Positions 39,203 to 49,090 are shown, counted from the first letter of the stretch. The stretch is 64,000 bases of DNA from an uncultured Eubacteriales bacterium (GCA_949294555.1 CASFHP010000002.1:38087-102086); one strand, 5' to 3'. Made by a program: numbers and translations. The notes: a model not told the origin generated them from the sequence alone.

Positions 39203-39378
39203 TTGCTTCTTATAGTGCATGGATTAGGTCAAACAGAAAAAAGTTGGAATAAGATTATAGAAGAATTAGATAAAAGCAATATAAAGGAAGAAAATCCATA
39301 GGTGATTATAGACCAGCAAATGGAACTTTTCAAGGATTAAACAATTTTCATTCAATAATGATGGTTTATAAAATTTAA
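39203..39378 (+). pseudogene. Chimeric remnant: alpha/beta-hydrolase N-terminus joined to an unrelated 3' end
   Basis: LIVHGLGQTEKSWNKII..* followed by GDYRPANGTFQGLNNFHSIMMVYKI* in another frame. Confidence 0.5.
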
Positions 39379-39427
39379 TAGCTTAATAAAAATAATACAA
39401 AATTAAAATATTAGGAGGATAATTACA

Positions 39428-40318
39428 ATGCTTTTTAAGCACATGCAATATTTTATATCAATTGTAAAAAATAATAGTTTTACAGAGGCAGCAGAAGAAA
39501 ATTATATATCTCAATCTGCAATTTCACAAGGCATAAAATCATTAGAAGATGAACTTGGGGTAAAACTATTAAAAAGACATAACAGAGGATTTACATTAAC
39601 AAATGCCGGCGAGTATTTTTACAAACAAAGTTTAATTATATCTGATGAAGTAGATAGATTAAAACAATCGATTATAAAAGTATCAGAACAAAAAAATGAG
39701 ATATTGAGAATTGGATATATAAATAGTTATTGTGGAATAGAGATTCATAGAGCTATTACCAAATTTTCTGAAATATATCCTAATATAGATATTGAAATGC
39801 ACACAGGTAATCATGAAGAATTATATGAGCAGATGAAGAATGGTAAACTTGATGTAATTATAAATGACCAAAGAAGAGCTTTGTCAGAAGAATATATTAA
39901 TCATTATTTATATAGAAGTTCATGTTATATAGAAGTTTCAAATAAATCTTTATTACATGAACTAAAAGAAGTGAGCTTTGAAGATTTAAAACAAATTCCT
40001 TGCATTATCATATCATCAAAGGATCAACAAGACATAGAAACAGAATATTATGAAAATACATTAGGATTTAATGGAAATTTCATTTTTGTAGAAAATCTAA
40101 ATGAAGCAAGGATGTTAGTATCAGCAAACAAGGGATTCTTTCCAATAGCAAGCGTTCCAAGTCAGAATAATGAAAAAATAGAGGGAATATCAAGAGTATT
40201 GCTGGTAAGAAATGGAGAAAGAGTAGAAAGAAATTATTATGCTTTTTGGAATAAGATGGCAACTAATATATTAAAAGAAGAATTTGCAAGTATATTAGAA
40301 AAAGAATTTAAAGAATAA
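39428..40318 (+). CDS. LysR-family transcriptional regulator
   Basis: SFTEAAEENYISQSAISQGIKSLEDELGVKL. Confidence 0.95.
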   Translation: MLFKHMQYFISIVKNNSFTEAAEENYISQSAISQGIKSLEDELGVKLLKRHNRGFTLTNAGEYFYKQSLIISDEVDRLKQSIIKVSEQKNEILRIGYINSYCGIEIHRAITKFSEIYPNIDIEMHTGNHEELYEQMKNGKLDVIINDQRRALSEEYINHYLYRSSCYIEVSNKSLLHELKEVSFEDLKQIPCIIISSKDQQDIETEYYENTLGFNGNFIFVENLNEARMLVSANKGFFPIASVPSQNNEKIEGISRVLLVRNGERVERNYYAFWNKMATNILKEEFASILEKEFKE

Positions 40319-40494
40319 TAATGCGTATAATTAATATTTAGAGTTTCTTAGGAACTCTTTTTTGATATAAGTGAAACTTATCTGTCGAATAAGAAATTGA
40401 AATTGCTCTTTAAAAATAAAGTATGTATAATCTTAGTAGATAAATAAAGAGAAGCAGAAGGAAATAATAAATTTTATATGAGGAGGAATTAAAA

Positions 40495-41331
40495 ATGAAA
40501 AAAGATGTTATTTTATGGACTGGAGCAGGTCAAATAGGAATGGCAATAGCCAGAAGATTAGGACATGGAAAGAAAATTGTTGTAGGAGACAAAAGCATAG
40601 AAAATGCAAATGCAATAGCTAAAATTATGAATGACGCTGGATTTGATGTAGAGCCTATAGAATGTGATATTTCTTCAAGAGATTCTATTTTAAATCTAAT
40701 AAAAAAAGGTCAAGAATATGGAGAAATAGCAATGCTTATAAATAGTGCAGGAGTATCTCCATCACAAGCACCAATAGAAAGAATTTTAAATGTAGATTTA
40801 TATGGAACAGCAGTATTACTTGAAGAAGTAGGAAAAGTAATAAAGGAAGGTGGAACAGGTGTTACAATTTCTAGTCAATCAGGACATAGGATGGAACAAC
40901 TTGGAGCTGTAATTGATGAACAATTAGCAACAACACCAACAGAAGAATTATTAAAACTAGATGTATTACAACCAGAAAACATTAGAGATACATTACATGC
41001 TTATCAATTAGCAAAAAGATGTAATGAAAAGAGAGTTATGGCAGAATCAGTAAAATGGGGAGAAAGAGGAGCAAGAGTAAACTCAATATCTCCTGGAATT
41101 ATCGTTACACCACTTGCAATAGATGAATTTAATGGAATTCGTGGAGATTTCTATAAGAATATGTTTGCAAAATGTCCAGCAGGTAGACCAGGAACAGCAG
41201 ATGAAGTTGCAAATTTAACCGAAATATTAATGACAGATAAAGGAGCATTTATCACAGGAGCAGATTTCTTAATTGATGGTGGACCAACAGCATCATACTT
41301 CTATGGACCGCTAAAACCAGAAAATAATTAA
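40495..41331 (+). CDS. SDR-family oxidoreductase
   Basis: TGAGQIG, NSAGVS, YQLAK (YxxxK), NSISPG, ITGADFLIDGG. Confidence 0.93.
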   Translation: MKKDVILWTGAGQIGMAIARRLGHGKKIVVGDKSIENANAIAKIMNDAGFDVEPIECDISSRDSILNLIKKGQEYGEIAMLINSAGVSPSQAPIERILNVDLYGTAVLLEEVGKVIKEGGTGVTISSQSGHRMEQLGAVIDEQLATTPTEELLKLDVLQPENIRDTLHAYQLAKRCNEKRVMAESVKWGERGARVNSISPGIIVTPLAIDEFNGIRGDFYKNMFAKCPAGRPGTADEVANLTEILMTDKGAFITGADFLIDGGPTASYFYGPLKPENN

Positions 41332-41377
41332 GATACGAGAGCAAGCAATTTTAAAAGATATAAGGAGGAGATAAATT

Positions 41378-41908
41378 ATGTCTTTATTTGGAAACAAAGA
41401 AAGTGTAAAAGGAAAGAAAAGTTTAGTTATCTATTTTTCAAGAGCAGACGAAAATTATGCTGTTGGAAATATAGAGAAAGGAAATACAGAAGTAATTGCT
41501 GAGTATATTCAAGAATTTACAGGAGCAGATTTATTTAAAGTAGAGCCAGCAAAACCATATTCAAAAAATTATAAAGAATGTTGTGATGAGGCTCTTGAAG
41601 AAAAAAGACAAAATGCAAGACCAGAACTAAAAGAATATTTAACAGATATATCAGATTATGAAGTAATATATATAGGCTCTCCAATATTTTGGGGAACAAT
41701 GCCAATGAGTATGTTTACACAATTAGAAAAATTAGATTTTACAGGAAAAACAATTAAAGTATTCACAACACACGAGGGCTCAGGATTAGGAACAGTAGTA
41801 TCAGATGTAAGAAAAATATGCAAAGGAGCAGATGTATTAGATAGTCTAGCAATACAAGGAAGTTTTGTTCATGAGGCAAAAGCAAAAGTTAAAAATTGGA
41901 TTAACTAA
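41378..41908 (+). CDS. Flavodoxin-like protein
   Basis: YFSRA..GNT, GSPIFWG, FTTHEGSGLG. Confidence 0.92.
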   Translation: MSLFGNKESVKGKKSLVIYFSRADENYAVGNIEKGNTEVIAEYIQEFTGADLFKVEPAKPYSKNYKECCDEALEEKRQNARPELKEYLTDISDYEVIYIGSPIFWGTMPMSMFTQLEKLDFTGKTIKVFTTHEGSGLGTVVSDVRKICKGADVLDSLAIQGSFVHEAKAKVKNWIN

Positions 41909-41925
41909 ATATAAACAAAAAAAGT

Positions 41926-42030
41926 GAGGTCGCAAATTGCGACCTCTAAAGCATTTTACAACTCAATTTTAGGCTCATATTTCTCAAGCCACATATTCAC
42001 CTGGCACAAATAAGCCATAAGCTGAGGCCC
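41926..42030 (-). repeat. Diverged duplicate of the asnB 3' end with its terminator hairpin
   Basis: Minus strand encodes GPQLMAYLCQVNMWLEKYEPKIEL*, versus GPQLMAYLCQVNMWLEKYEPKIEI* in the intact gene. Confidence 0.9.
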
Positions 42031-42282
42031 GAGTCGTTGGCTGTCAGAAAAAAACACATATCAATTTTGCTAGAGGCTGTAAGATTATTCGAAAAACGAT
42101 AATGTACGAAATTTAATAAAAATGCAATTATCTATAAAAAGTTATTTAAAAAATTGTGATTAAATGTAAAAAATTCTTGTAAAAACTTGCAAAACTACCA
42201 CAAAAGTCCTCGTAAAAACTTGCATAAATTAACAAAAAATTGTATAATATAATAAAGAAAAGATGATTACGAGGTGGTAAAA

Positions 42283-43596
42283 ATGTTAGAAAGAAAAATT
42301 ACCCGTGTATTAGAAGAATGGAGAAAGGAAGAAAAGAAACCATGTTTATTAATTAGAGGAGCAAGGCAAGTTGGAAAAACATTTATTATTGATGACTTTG
42401 CAAAGAAAAATTATGAAAATTATATTTATATAAATTTTGAATTAACTCCTGAATATAAAAATATTTTCGAAGGAAATCTAGATATAAAAACATTAATAAT
42501 GAAACTTGAAGTTACATTTCCAAATGTAAATATAGTGCCAAATAAAACGATTTTATTTTTAGATGAAATACAATCTTGTCCAAATGCAAGAACGGCATTA
42601 AAAAGTTTTGCTTTAGATGGCAGAATTGATGTAATTTCATCTGGTTCATTATTAGGTTTATACTATAAAGAAGTAACATCATATCCAGTAGGTTATGAAA
42701 GAGTTATAGATTTATATCCATTAGATTTTGAAGAATTTTTATGGGGAATAGGCATTAAAAGAGAAACTATAAATTATGCAAAGGATTGTTTTGAAAACAT
42801 CAAACCAATGGATGAATATATAATGAAACAACTAGCAGAACAATTTAAAATGTATATACTAGTTGGAGGAATGCCTAATGTAGTAAATGAATATGTAAAA
42901 ACAAGTAGTTTGTCTAAAGTATTAATTCTTCAAAAAGCCATTGTAGAAAATTATTTGTTAGATGTTGTAAAGTTTGCTGAAACTAGTAACAAACAAAAAA
43001 TTATAAATACATTTAATAGCATACCAATACAATTATCAAAAAAGAATAAGAAATTTTTGTTTTCAGAAATAAAAGAAGATGAAGAAAATGTTGGAGAAAG
43101 AAAGTATGCATCATCGATAGAATGGTTAAAAGATGCAGGAATTATTAATTTTTGCTATAATTTATCTGAACCAGCATTGCCTCTAATATCGAATATACGA
43201 TTAAATTGCTTCAAAATATATATGAGAGATACAGGATTGTTAGTGTCTATGCTAGAAGAAGGTACACAAAAAGCAATTTTAGATGATGATTTATATATTA
43301 ATCAAGGAGCAATATTAGAAAATGCATGTGCTGAAGAAATAGCTACTAGGCATAGTAAATTAATGTATTTTGAAAGAAAAAGTACTTTAGAAATTGATTT
43401 TGTATTAAATATAGATGGAAAAGTTACAGCAATTGAGGTTAAATCTGGAAAAAATAAGCAGGCAAAATCTTTGAAATCAATTATACAAAATTATAAAACT
43501 GTAACAAGATATATGAAATTTGAAAATGATTGTAATATTTATAAAGACGAAGAGAGTATAGAGCATTATCCATTATTTATGATTATGTTTATATAG
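42283..43596 (+). CDS. AAA+ ATPase (AAA_14 plus DUF4143 type)
   Basis: GARQVGKT, FLDEIQ, SGSLLG, GGMP, DTGLL, EIDF..AIEVKSG. Confidence 0.9.
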   Translation: MLERKITRVLEEWRKEEKKPCLLIRGARQVGKTFIIDDFAKKNYENYIYINFELTPEYKNIFEGNLDIKTLIMKLEVTFPNVNIVPNKTILFLDEIQSCPNARTALKSFALDGRIDVISSGSLLGLYYKEVTSYPVGYERVIDLYPLDFEEFLWGIGIKRETINYAKDCFENIKPMDEYIMKQLAEQFKMYILVGGMPNVVNEYVKTSSLSKVLILQKAIVENYLLDVVKFAETSNKQKIINTFNSIPIQLSKKNKKFLFSEIKEDEENVGERKYASSIEWLKDAGIINFCYNLSEPALPLISNIRLNCFKIYMRDTGLLVSMLEEGTQKAILDDDLYINQGAILENACAEEIATRHSKLMYFERKSTLEIDFVLNIDGKVTAIEVKSGKNKQAKSLKSIIQNYKTVTRYMKFENDCNIYKDEESIEHYPLFMIMFI

Positions 43597-43597
43597 A

Positions 43598-43634
43598 TTC
43601 AACTTGAGGTTGCAATTTGCGACCTCAAGTTGAA
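43598..43634. terminator. Palindromic hairpin between convergent ATPase and asnB genes
   Basis: TTCAACTTGAGGTTGCAA-T-TTGCGACCTCAAGTTGAA. Confidence 0.7.
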
Positions 43635-43646
43635 AAAGTTGATAAA

Positions 43647-45497
43647 TTATATCTCAATCTTAGGCTCATACTTCTCAAGCCACATATTAACCTGACAAAG
43701 ATATGCCATAAGTTGTGGACCAGTCATCAATTGACCAAACCAAGGTCTAGAAAAACTAGAACCATTTGTATCCAATATTTCTAAAATATAATCTCTATTC
43801 AATAAATCATTAATCGGTGCATTTGGATTTTGCATAATGTTTGTTAGCATATCTTTTACTTTAGATAAATACGTAGGGTTATGTGTCTTAGGATAAGGAG
43901 ATTTTTTTCTATCGACAATTTCAGCAGGCAAGAAATCTTTACAAATATAACGAAGTAATCCTTTTTCTCTTCCATTTAAAGCCTTCATTTCCCAAGGAAT
44001 ATTCCAAACATATTGGGCTAATCTGTAATCACAGAAAGGAACACGAAGTTCAAAGCCATTATACATAGCCATCCTATCTGAACGGTCTAACAATGTCTGC
44101 ATAAACCAATTTAATGTAAGATATGAAATTTTTCGTTTCTCTGCAGTTTCTATAGAGTCTGTATCTAAAATTTCAACCTCTTCTAAGCTTTCATTATATC
44201 GATAATCAATATATTCTTTTAGATGTACTTTTTTGCTTAAAACTGGATTTAATAATGTTTGTCTTTCGCTAATGGCGATTGACCAAGGAAATGTACCACT
44301 GTTTAAAGCATCTTCTCTAAAGAACCATGGATATCCACCAAAAATTTCATCTGCACATTCACCTGTTAGAGCAACAGTTTGCTCTGGTTTAACATTTTTA
44401 CAAAATAGTAATAAAGAAGAATCAATATCAGCCATACCAGGCATATCTCTGGCAATCATACTATCATATAAATAGGAAGCAAGTTCTGGTGTGTCAATGA
44501 CAATGTTATGATGTTTTGTATGCAAGTTTTTACACATTAATTCAATATAATAATTATCGGAATTTGGCTGAAAATCGCTTTTAACAAAATTTTTGTCATT
44601 ATCTACATAGTCAATGGAATAGGTATCTAAAGGAGGCAATTTTTCTTTTTCGTAAAAATCTGCTGCAAATTTTGTAATGATACTTGAATCTAATCCTCCA
44701 GACAGGAATGTACATAAAGGTACATCGGAAACCAATTGACGTTCAATTGCATCTTTTAGTAAAAAGCGAACTTTTTCACAAGTTTGTGGTAAGTTATCTT
44801 TATGTTCTTCTGAATGTAATTTCCAATAACGTTTGATTTTTAAACCATATTCATTAAATACAGCAAAATGAGCAGGTTTTAGTTCATATATATTTTTAAA
44901 AATAGTTGTGCCAGGTGTATGGCTAGGACCAATTCCTAATAATTCAGAAATTCCTTGACTATCTAAAATCTTTTCAATTCCAGGATATTGAAATATTGCT
45001 TTTATTTCAGAACCAAAAACAAGGGTATCTTGATATACAGAATAAAACAAAGGCTTTACACCAAAATGGTCCCTTGCCATAAAGAGTTCATTTGTTTTTG
45101 TATTCCAAATGGCAAATGCAAAAATACCATTTAAATGATGAATAATATCTTTTCCAAAATGGATATAGCCTTTTAAAATAACTTCTGTATCACAATGTCC
45201 TTTAAATGTAAAACCATTTTTCTGTAAAACATCTCGAAGTTCTTTTGTATTATAGATTTGCCCATTATAGCAAATGATGTAATCCCCATAGGAAGTATGT
45301 TCTATCATTGGTTGTTTTCCACCTTCTGGGTCAATAACAATTAATCGTTTATGTGCCAAACATGCCTTATCAGAAATAAAGTAGCCATCTTCATCTGGTC
45401 CTCTTTTGGCTAATGTATTGTTCATATTTTCTAAAATTGTTTTAGAATTTTCTTTTAATTTTTGTTTGATATTAACAAATCCAGTAAATCCACACAT
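43647..45497 (-). CDS. asnB: Asparagine synthase (glutamine-hydrolyzing), AsnB/AsnO-like
   Basis: MCGF N-terminal Cys, RGPD, YNGQIYN, FLSGGLDSS, GECADEIFGGY. Confidence 0.95.
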   Translation of the reverse strand: MCGFTGFVNIKQKLKENSKTILENMNNTLAKRGPDEDGYFISDKACLAHKRLIVIDPEGGKQPMIEHTSYGDYIICYNGQIYNTKELRDVLQKNGFTFKGHCDTEVILKGYIHFGKDIIHHLNGIFAFAIWNTKTNELFMARDHFGVKPLFYSVYQDTLVFGSEIKAIFQYPGIEKILDSQGISELLGIGPSHTPGTTIFKNIYELKPAHFAVFNEYGLKIKRYWKLHSEEHKDNLPQTCEKVRFLLKDAIERQLVSDVPLCTFLSGGLDSSIITKFAADFYEKEKLPPLDTYSIDYVDNDKNFVKSDFQPNSDNYYIELMCKNLHTKHHNIVIDTPELASYLYDSMIARDMPGMADIDSSLLLFCKNVKPEQTVALTGECADEIFGGYPWFFREDALNSGTFPWSIAISERQTLLNPVLSKKVHLKEYIDYRYNESLEEVEILDTDSIETAEKRKISYLTLNWFMQTLLDRSDRMAMYNGFELRVPFCDYRLAQYVWNIPWEMKALNGREKGLLRYICKDFLPAEIVDRKKSPYPKTHNPTYLSKVKDMLTNIMQNPNAPINDLLNRDYILEILDTNGSSFSRPWFGQLMTGPQLMAYLCQVNMWLEKYEPKIEI

Positions 45498-45616
45498 GTA
45501 TTTTATACCTCCAATCTATATATGATATGCAAAAAAACAAATAAAATTTATTGATTTTAAAAAAAATTTATAGTAGACTAAACATAGAGAAAAGATTGAA
45601 GAAGAATTGTGATTCT

Positions 45617-45792
45617 AGCCGTGCAAAATTTTATTGCTTTCATATATTAGGAAAGTCATACTGACTTCCTAATATATAAAAATAGATTGTACACAATTTT
45701 TCTAACGAAAAATTGGCACAGAACAAATTTACGGAAAGCCAAAAAGAAAATATAAAATTAGTAAAAATGTTAAGGCTTTCCGATTTGTTCAA
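45617..45792. repeat. Three-hairpin composite repeat, copy 2 (inverted relative to copy 1)
   Basis: GATTGTACACAATTTT..AAAATTGGCACAGAACAAAT is close to the reverse complement of 14613-14655; flanking stems show changed but still paired sequence. Confidence 0.7.
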
Positions 45793-45826
45793 ACGAATTT
45801 TCATCTAGAAAGGGATGTAGTTAAGG

Positions 45827-46384
45827 ATGAAACGAAAAATTTTATTAAAAAATGTTGTAAAACATTTTATCTTAATCACAAAACATAGATGGGTCGTTTT
45901 TAAATTGTGTTGTAAGGTAGGATTACCATGGAGAGGACTTACACATGATTTATCAAAATATTCTCCAACAGAGTTTCTAGAAAGTATTCATTATTATGAA
46001 GGAAATCGTTCTCCCATTGTTGGAGCAAAACAAGACAAAGGCTATTCAGAAGCATGGCTACATCACAAGGGAAGAAATAAACATCATAGTGAATATTGGG
46101 TAGATAGAAATGCACCAGAACAAACGCCAATTATGCCATATAAGTATGTTGCAGAAATGTTATGTGATAAATTAGCTGCTGGAATTGTGTACCAAGGAAA
46201 GAATTGGAACAAGGGATATCAATTGGAATACTGGAAAAAAGAAAGAGAAAAAATGCTAATGAATGAAAAACTAAAAGATATGCTAACTGATTTTTTTACA
46301 CAAGTAAGTATAGATGGGATTGACAAGGTTTTAACAAAGAAAAATGTACAAGATTTATACAAAAAATATTGTGGCAATAGTTGA
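45827..46384 (+). CDS. DUF5662-type HD-like protein
   Basis: HDLSKYSPTEF, AWLHHKGRNKHH, EMLCD. Confidence 0.8.
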   Translation: MKRKILLKNVVKHFILITKHRWVVFKLCCKVGLPWRGLTHDLSKYSPTEFLESIHYYEGNRSPIVGAKQDKGYSEAWLHHKGRNKHHSEYWVDRNAPEQTPIMPYKYVAEMLCDKLAAGIVYQGKNWNKGYQLEYWKKEREKMLMNEKLKDMLTDFFTQVSIDGIDKVLTKKNVQDLYKKYCGNS

Positions 46385-46482
46385 CAAAAAATGAAAATAC
46401 TTGTATAATCTTATAGTGACTAAAAAATATCGATAAAATTACAATAGATATATACATATATCTTAAGCAAGGAGGGATTTAG

Positions 46483-46674
46483 ATGGCACAACCAAAAAGA
46501 AGATGGTCTAAAGCAAGAACACATGCAAAAAGATCAACATGGAAAAAGGAACAACCAGCATATACAACTTGTCCACATTGTCATGAACCAGTAATGCCAC
46601 ATAGAGTTTGCAAAAACTGCGGATATTATGATGGAAAAGAAGTAATTGCTAAAAAAGAAAATGAAGATGCATAA
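46483..46674 (+). CDS. rpmF: 50S ribosomal protein L32
   Basis: MAQPKRRWSK, CPHC, PHRVCKNCGYY. Confidence 0.97.
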   Translation: MAQPKRRWSKARTHAKRSTWKKEQPAYTTCPHCHEPVMPHRVCKNCGYYDGKEVIAKKENEDA

Positions 46675-46749
46675 TTAGGGGAAAGTAGTGCTTTTTTGAA
46701 GTGCTATTTTTTGCTATATAGGAAATATCCTATAATAAGGAGGTGTATG

Positions 46750-47359
46750 ATGCCAAAGTCTACATTTTATAACTTAAATAGTGAAAAAAGAGAAAAAATT
46801 GAAAAAGCTTTAAAAAATGAATTTACTAGAAATACATTTGAAAAAGCATCTATTAGTAATATTATAGAAGAGGCACAGATACCTAGAGGAAGTTTTTATC
46901 AATATTTTGAAGATAAAGAAGATGCTTTAAAATACATTATTGAAATTTTTTTAAATGATGAAAAAGAACAAATTGAAAGATTGTTAATACAAAATGAGGG
47001 CGACATATTTTTAACAACTTTAGATTTATATTCTTATTTTGTAGATAAAAATTACAATGAAAGTGAAATAAAACTATTTCAAAATATCATTAATAAATTA
47101 AGAAATGAAAATGTAAATATATTTAAAAATATAAAACAATTTAAAGATTTAAAAGATATAGATAAAACGAATTGTTATATCAATACAAATATGTTAAATA
47201 TAGAAAATGAAAATGACATAGAATATATGTTAAGAATTATTACTTGTATTTTGAGAGCAGAAATTATTGATGTTATGCATAAAAAGGTATCAAGAGAGAA
47301 ACGGAAAAGAGGAATTAATGAGGCAAATTGAAATATTAAAAAAAGGAATGACAAAATAA
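46750..47359 (+). CDS. TetR/AcrR regulator; 202 aa if a +1 shift occurs at CGGA 47302-47305 (otherwise ends at 47331)
   Basis: MPKSTFYNL, IPRGSFYQYFEDK HTH; shifted tail GKEELMRQIEILKKGMTK* looks like a normal amphipathic TetR terminal helix. Confidence 0.8.
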
Positions 47360-47447
47360 TACAAAATTTTCAAAAAAATATGTACATTTTATTTTTTTTA
47401 TGATATTATTTGAATGAATAAATACAAAAGAAAGAGAGGAGATACAA

Positions 47448-47984
47448 ATGTTTGAAAAATTTTTAAAAAGAACAAACTGGACAGACATTGTCATATCTTT
47501 ATTATTTGTCATATTAGGAATTTTACTAATTATGAAACCATCTGAAATGATATCTGTGATATCTATTCTTTTAGGAGCAATCTTATTTATAATAGGATTT
47601 TTGAAATTAGTAGATTATTTTACATCAAAGGATAAAGAAGACTATCTATTAACATTTGCCCTAGTGTCAGTCGTATTAGGTGTAATTGTTCTATTCTGTT
47701 CAGATGTAATTACAGGCATTTTCAGAGTATTACTAGGAATATGGATCATTGCATCAGGTATAAAAAATTTCCAAACATCTTTAGTATGGAAAGATACAAA
47801 ATCAGGACTTTGGACAGTTACAGTTTTATGTTCTTTATTAATGATAGTTGCTGGAATTGTTATTTTAGTAAGTACAACTTTAGCATTTAGAATTGTAGGA
47901 ATTGTTATTCTTATTTATGCAATCCTAGATATTATTACTAGAGTAATATTTATCAAAAAAGTTCAAGATTATTTAGATAAATAA
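47448..47984 (+). CDS. DUF308/HdeD-like membrane protein
   Basis: Six short TM segments in repeated pattern. Confidence 0.75.
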   Translation: MFEKFLKRTNWTDIVISLLFVILGILLIMKPSEMISVISILLGAILFIIGFLKLVDYFTSKDKEDYLLTFALVSVVLGVIVLFCSDVITGIFRVLLGIWIIASGIKNFQTSLVWKDTKSGLWTVTVLCSLLMIVAGIVILVSTTLAFRIVGIVILIYAILDIITRVIFIKKVQDYLDK

Positions 47985-48075
47985 AAAAATAAAAACAAAA
48001 TGAATGCAGATTATTAGACAAGTGTTTAATAATCTGTTTTTTTGCATTATAGGGAATTGAATTTCTTATAATGCA

Positions 48076-48278
48076 GTAACTATTCAGAGGTTAAGTCGAT
48101 TTTGCCTGCTAAGCAATATATAATATAAAGTCATTCATGATTTTGTATAAGCTAAATTTTCGAAGAACTAACGCAATAAAACCATGAGCCTCTTTCACTC
48201 AGACCCTCCAAAATCATTTCATTTTTTATATCATATATTGCTTAGCAGGCAAAATCGACTTGACCTCTGAATAATTAC
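48076..48278. mobile_element. MITE-like element with ~50-bp terminal inverted repeats and probable target-site duplication
   Basis: TATTCAGAGGTTAAGTCGATTTTGCCTGCTAAGCAATAT / ATATTGCTTAGCAGGCAAAATCGACTTGACCTCTGAATA; flanked by ATAATGCA and ATAATGCC. Confidence 0.8.
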
Positions 48279-48305
48279 ATAATGCCAAAAAAACAAATTA
48301 CAGTC

Positions 48306-48334
48306 TTGACAAATACCCTATAGGGGTATATAAT
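48306..48334 (+). promoter_or_regulatory. SigA promoter with CsoR operator in the spacer
   Basis: TTGACA-17-TATAAT enclosing ATACCCTATAGGGGTAT (C-tract/G-tract CsoR-type box). Confidence 0.85.
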
Positions 48335-48428
48335 CTTTTTGAAAAACAATAGTTGAAAATAATTTATAAAGTGAAAATGTCTTCTTTTTCAACTAAATTT
48401 ATGTTTTAGAAAGGATATGGTGTAACAA

Positions 48429-48728
48429 ATGGATAATCAATGTTGTACTTCTAAGAAGAAAACTTATAGAGATGAAGAAGAAAAAAAGCAGTTAATAAAA
48501 CGATTAAACATCATCGAAGGTCAAGTTAGAGGTATTAAACAAATGATAGAAGATGACAGATATTGTGATGATGTTTTAACACAGATGTTGGCTGTAAATA
48601 AAGCATTAGAAAGTCTGGAAAATGTTATATTAGAAAAACATTTAGAAAGATGTATTGCAAAACAAATTAAAGAAGGAAATACAGAAGTGACAGAAGAAAT
48701 TATGAATTTATTTAAAAAAATGAGATAA
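48429..48728 (+). CDS. csoR: Copper-sensing repressor CsoR
   Basis: RLNIIEGQVRGI, YCDDVLTQ, HLERC (C-H-C). Confidence 0.92.
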   Translation: MDNQCCTSKKKTYRDEEEKKQLIKRLNIIEGQVRGIKQMIEDDRYCDDVLTQMLAVNKALESLENVILEKHLERCIAKQIKEGNTEVTEEIMNLFKKMR

Positions 48729-48834
48729 AAATAAATATAAAAGATAAATTTAATTTAATGTGATACGTTTGAAATAAATACAATTTTGTAAAAAAATAAA
48801 CTGATTGGAAGTAAGAAAGGAATGTGTGATAATT

Positions 48835-49041
48835 ATGAAAAATATAGAAATGAAAATTGAAGGAATGCATTGTGAAGGATGTTCAAAGAGATTAACAAAG
48901 GTATTAAGTAATGTAGAAGGTGTAAAAGCAGTAGAGGTTAGTTTAGAAAATAAGTTAGCCAAAATAGAATATGATGAAGAAATTGCCAAAGTAGAAGACT
49001 TTAAAGAAGCCATTGAGGACGCAGGTTTCGAGGTGGTTTAA
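48835..49041 (+). CDS. copZ: Copper chaperone CopZ
   Basis: GMHCEGC HMA motif, IEDAGF. Confidence 0.9.
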   Translation: MKNIEMKIEGMHCEGCSKRLTKVLSNVEGVKAVEVSLENKLAKIEYDEEIAKVEDFKEAIEDAGFEVV

Positions 49042-49090
49042 TTTGCAATCATTAGAGTGAAGTAATGTTCTTGTATAGGAGGAGCATATC

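Noticed and set aside
42136..42226. CRISPR array
   Set aside because: Repeats are degenerate, the period is ~33 bp with no spacer-length unique sequence, and no cas genes are present. No CRISPR array was seen in the window.
28803..43634. True integron or prophage
   Set aside because: No integrase, attC-like repeats or phage structural genes visible.
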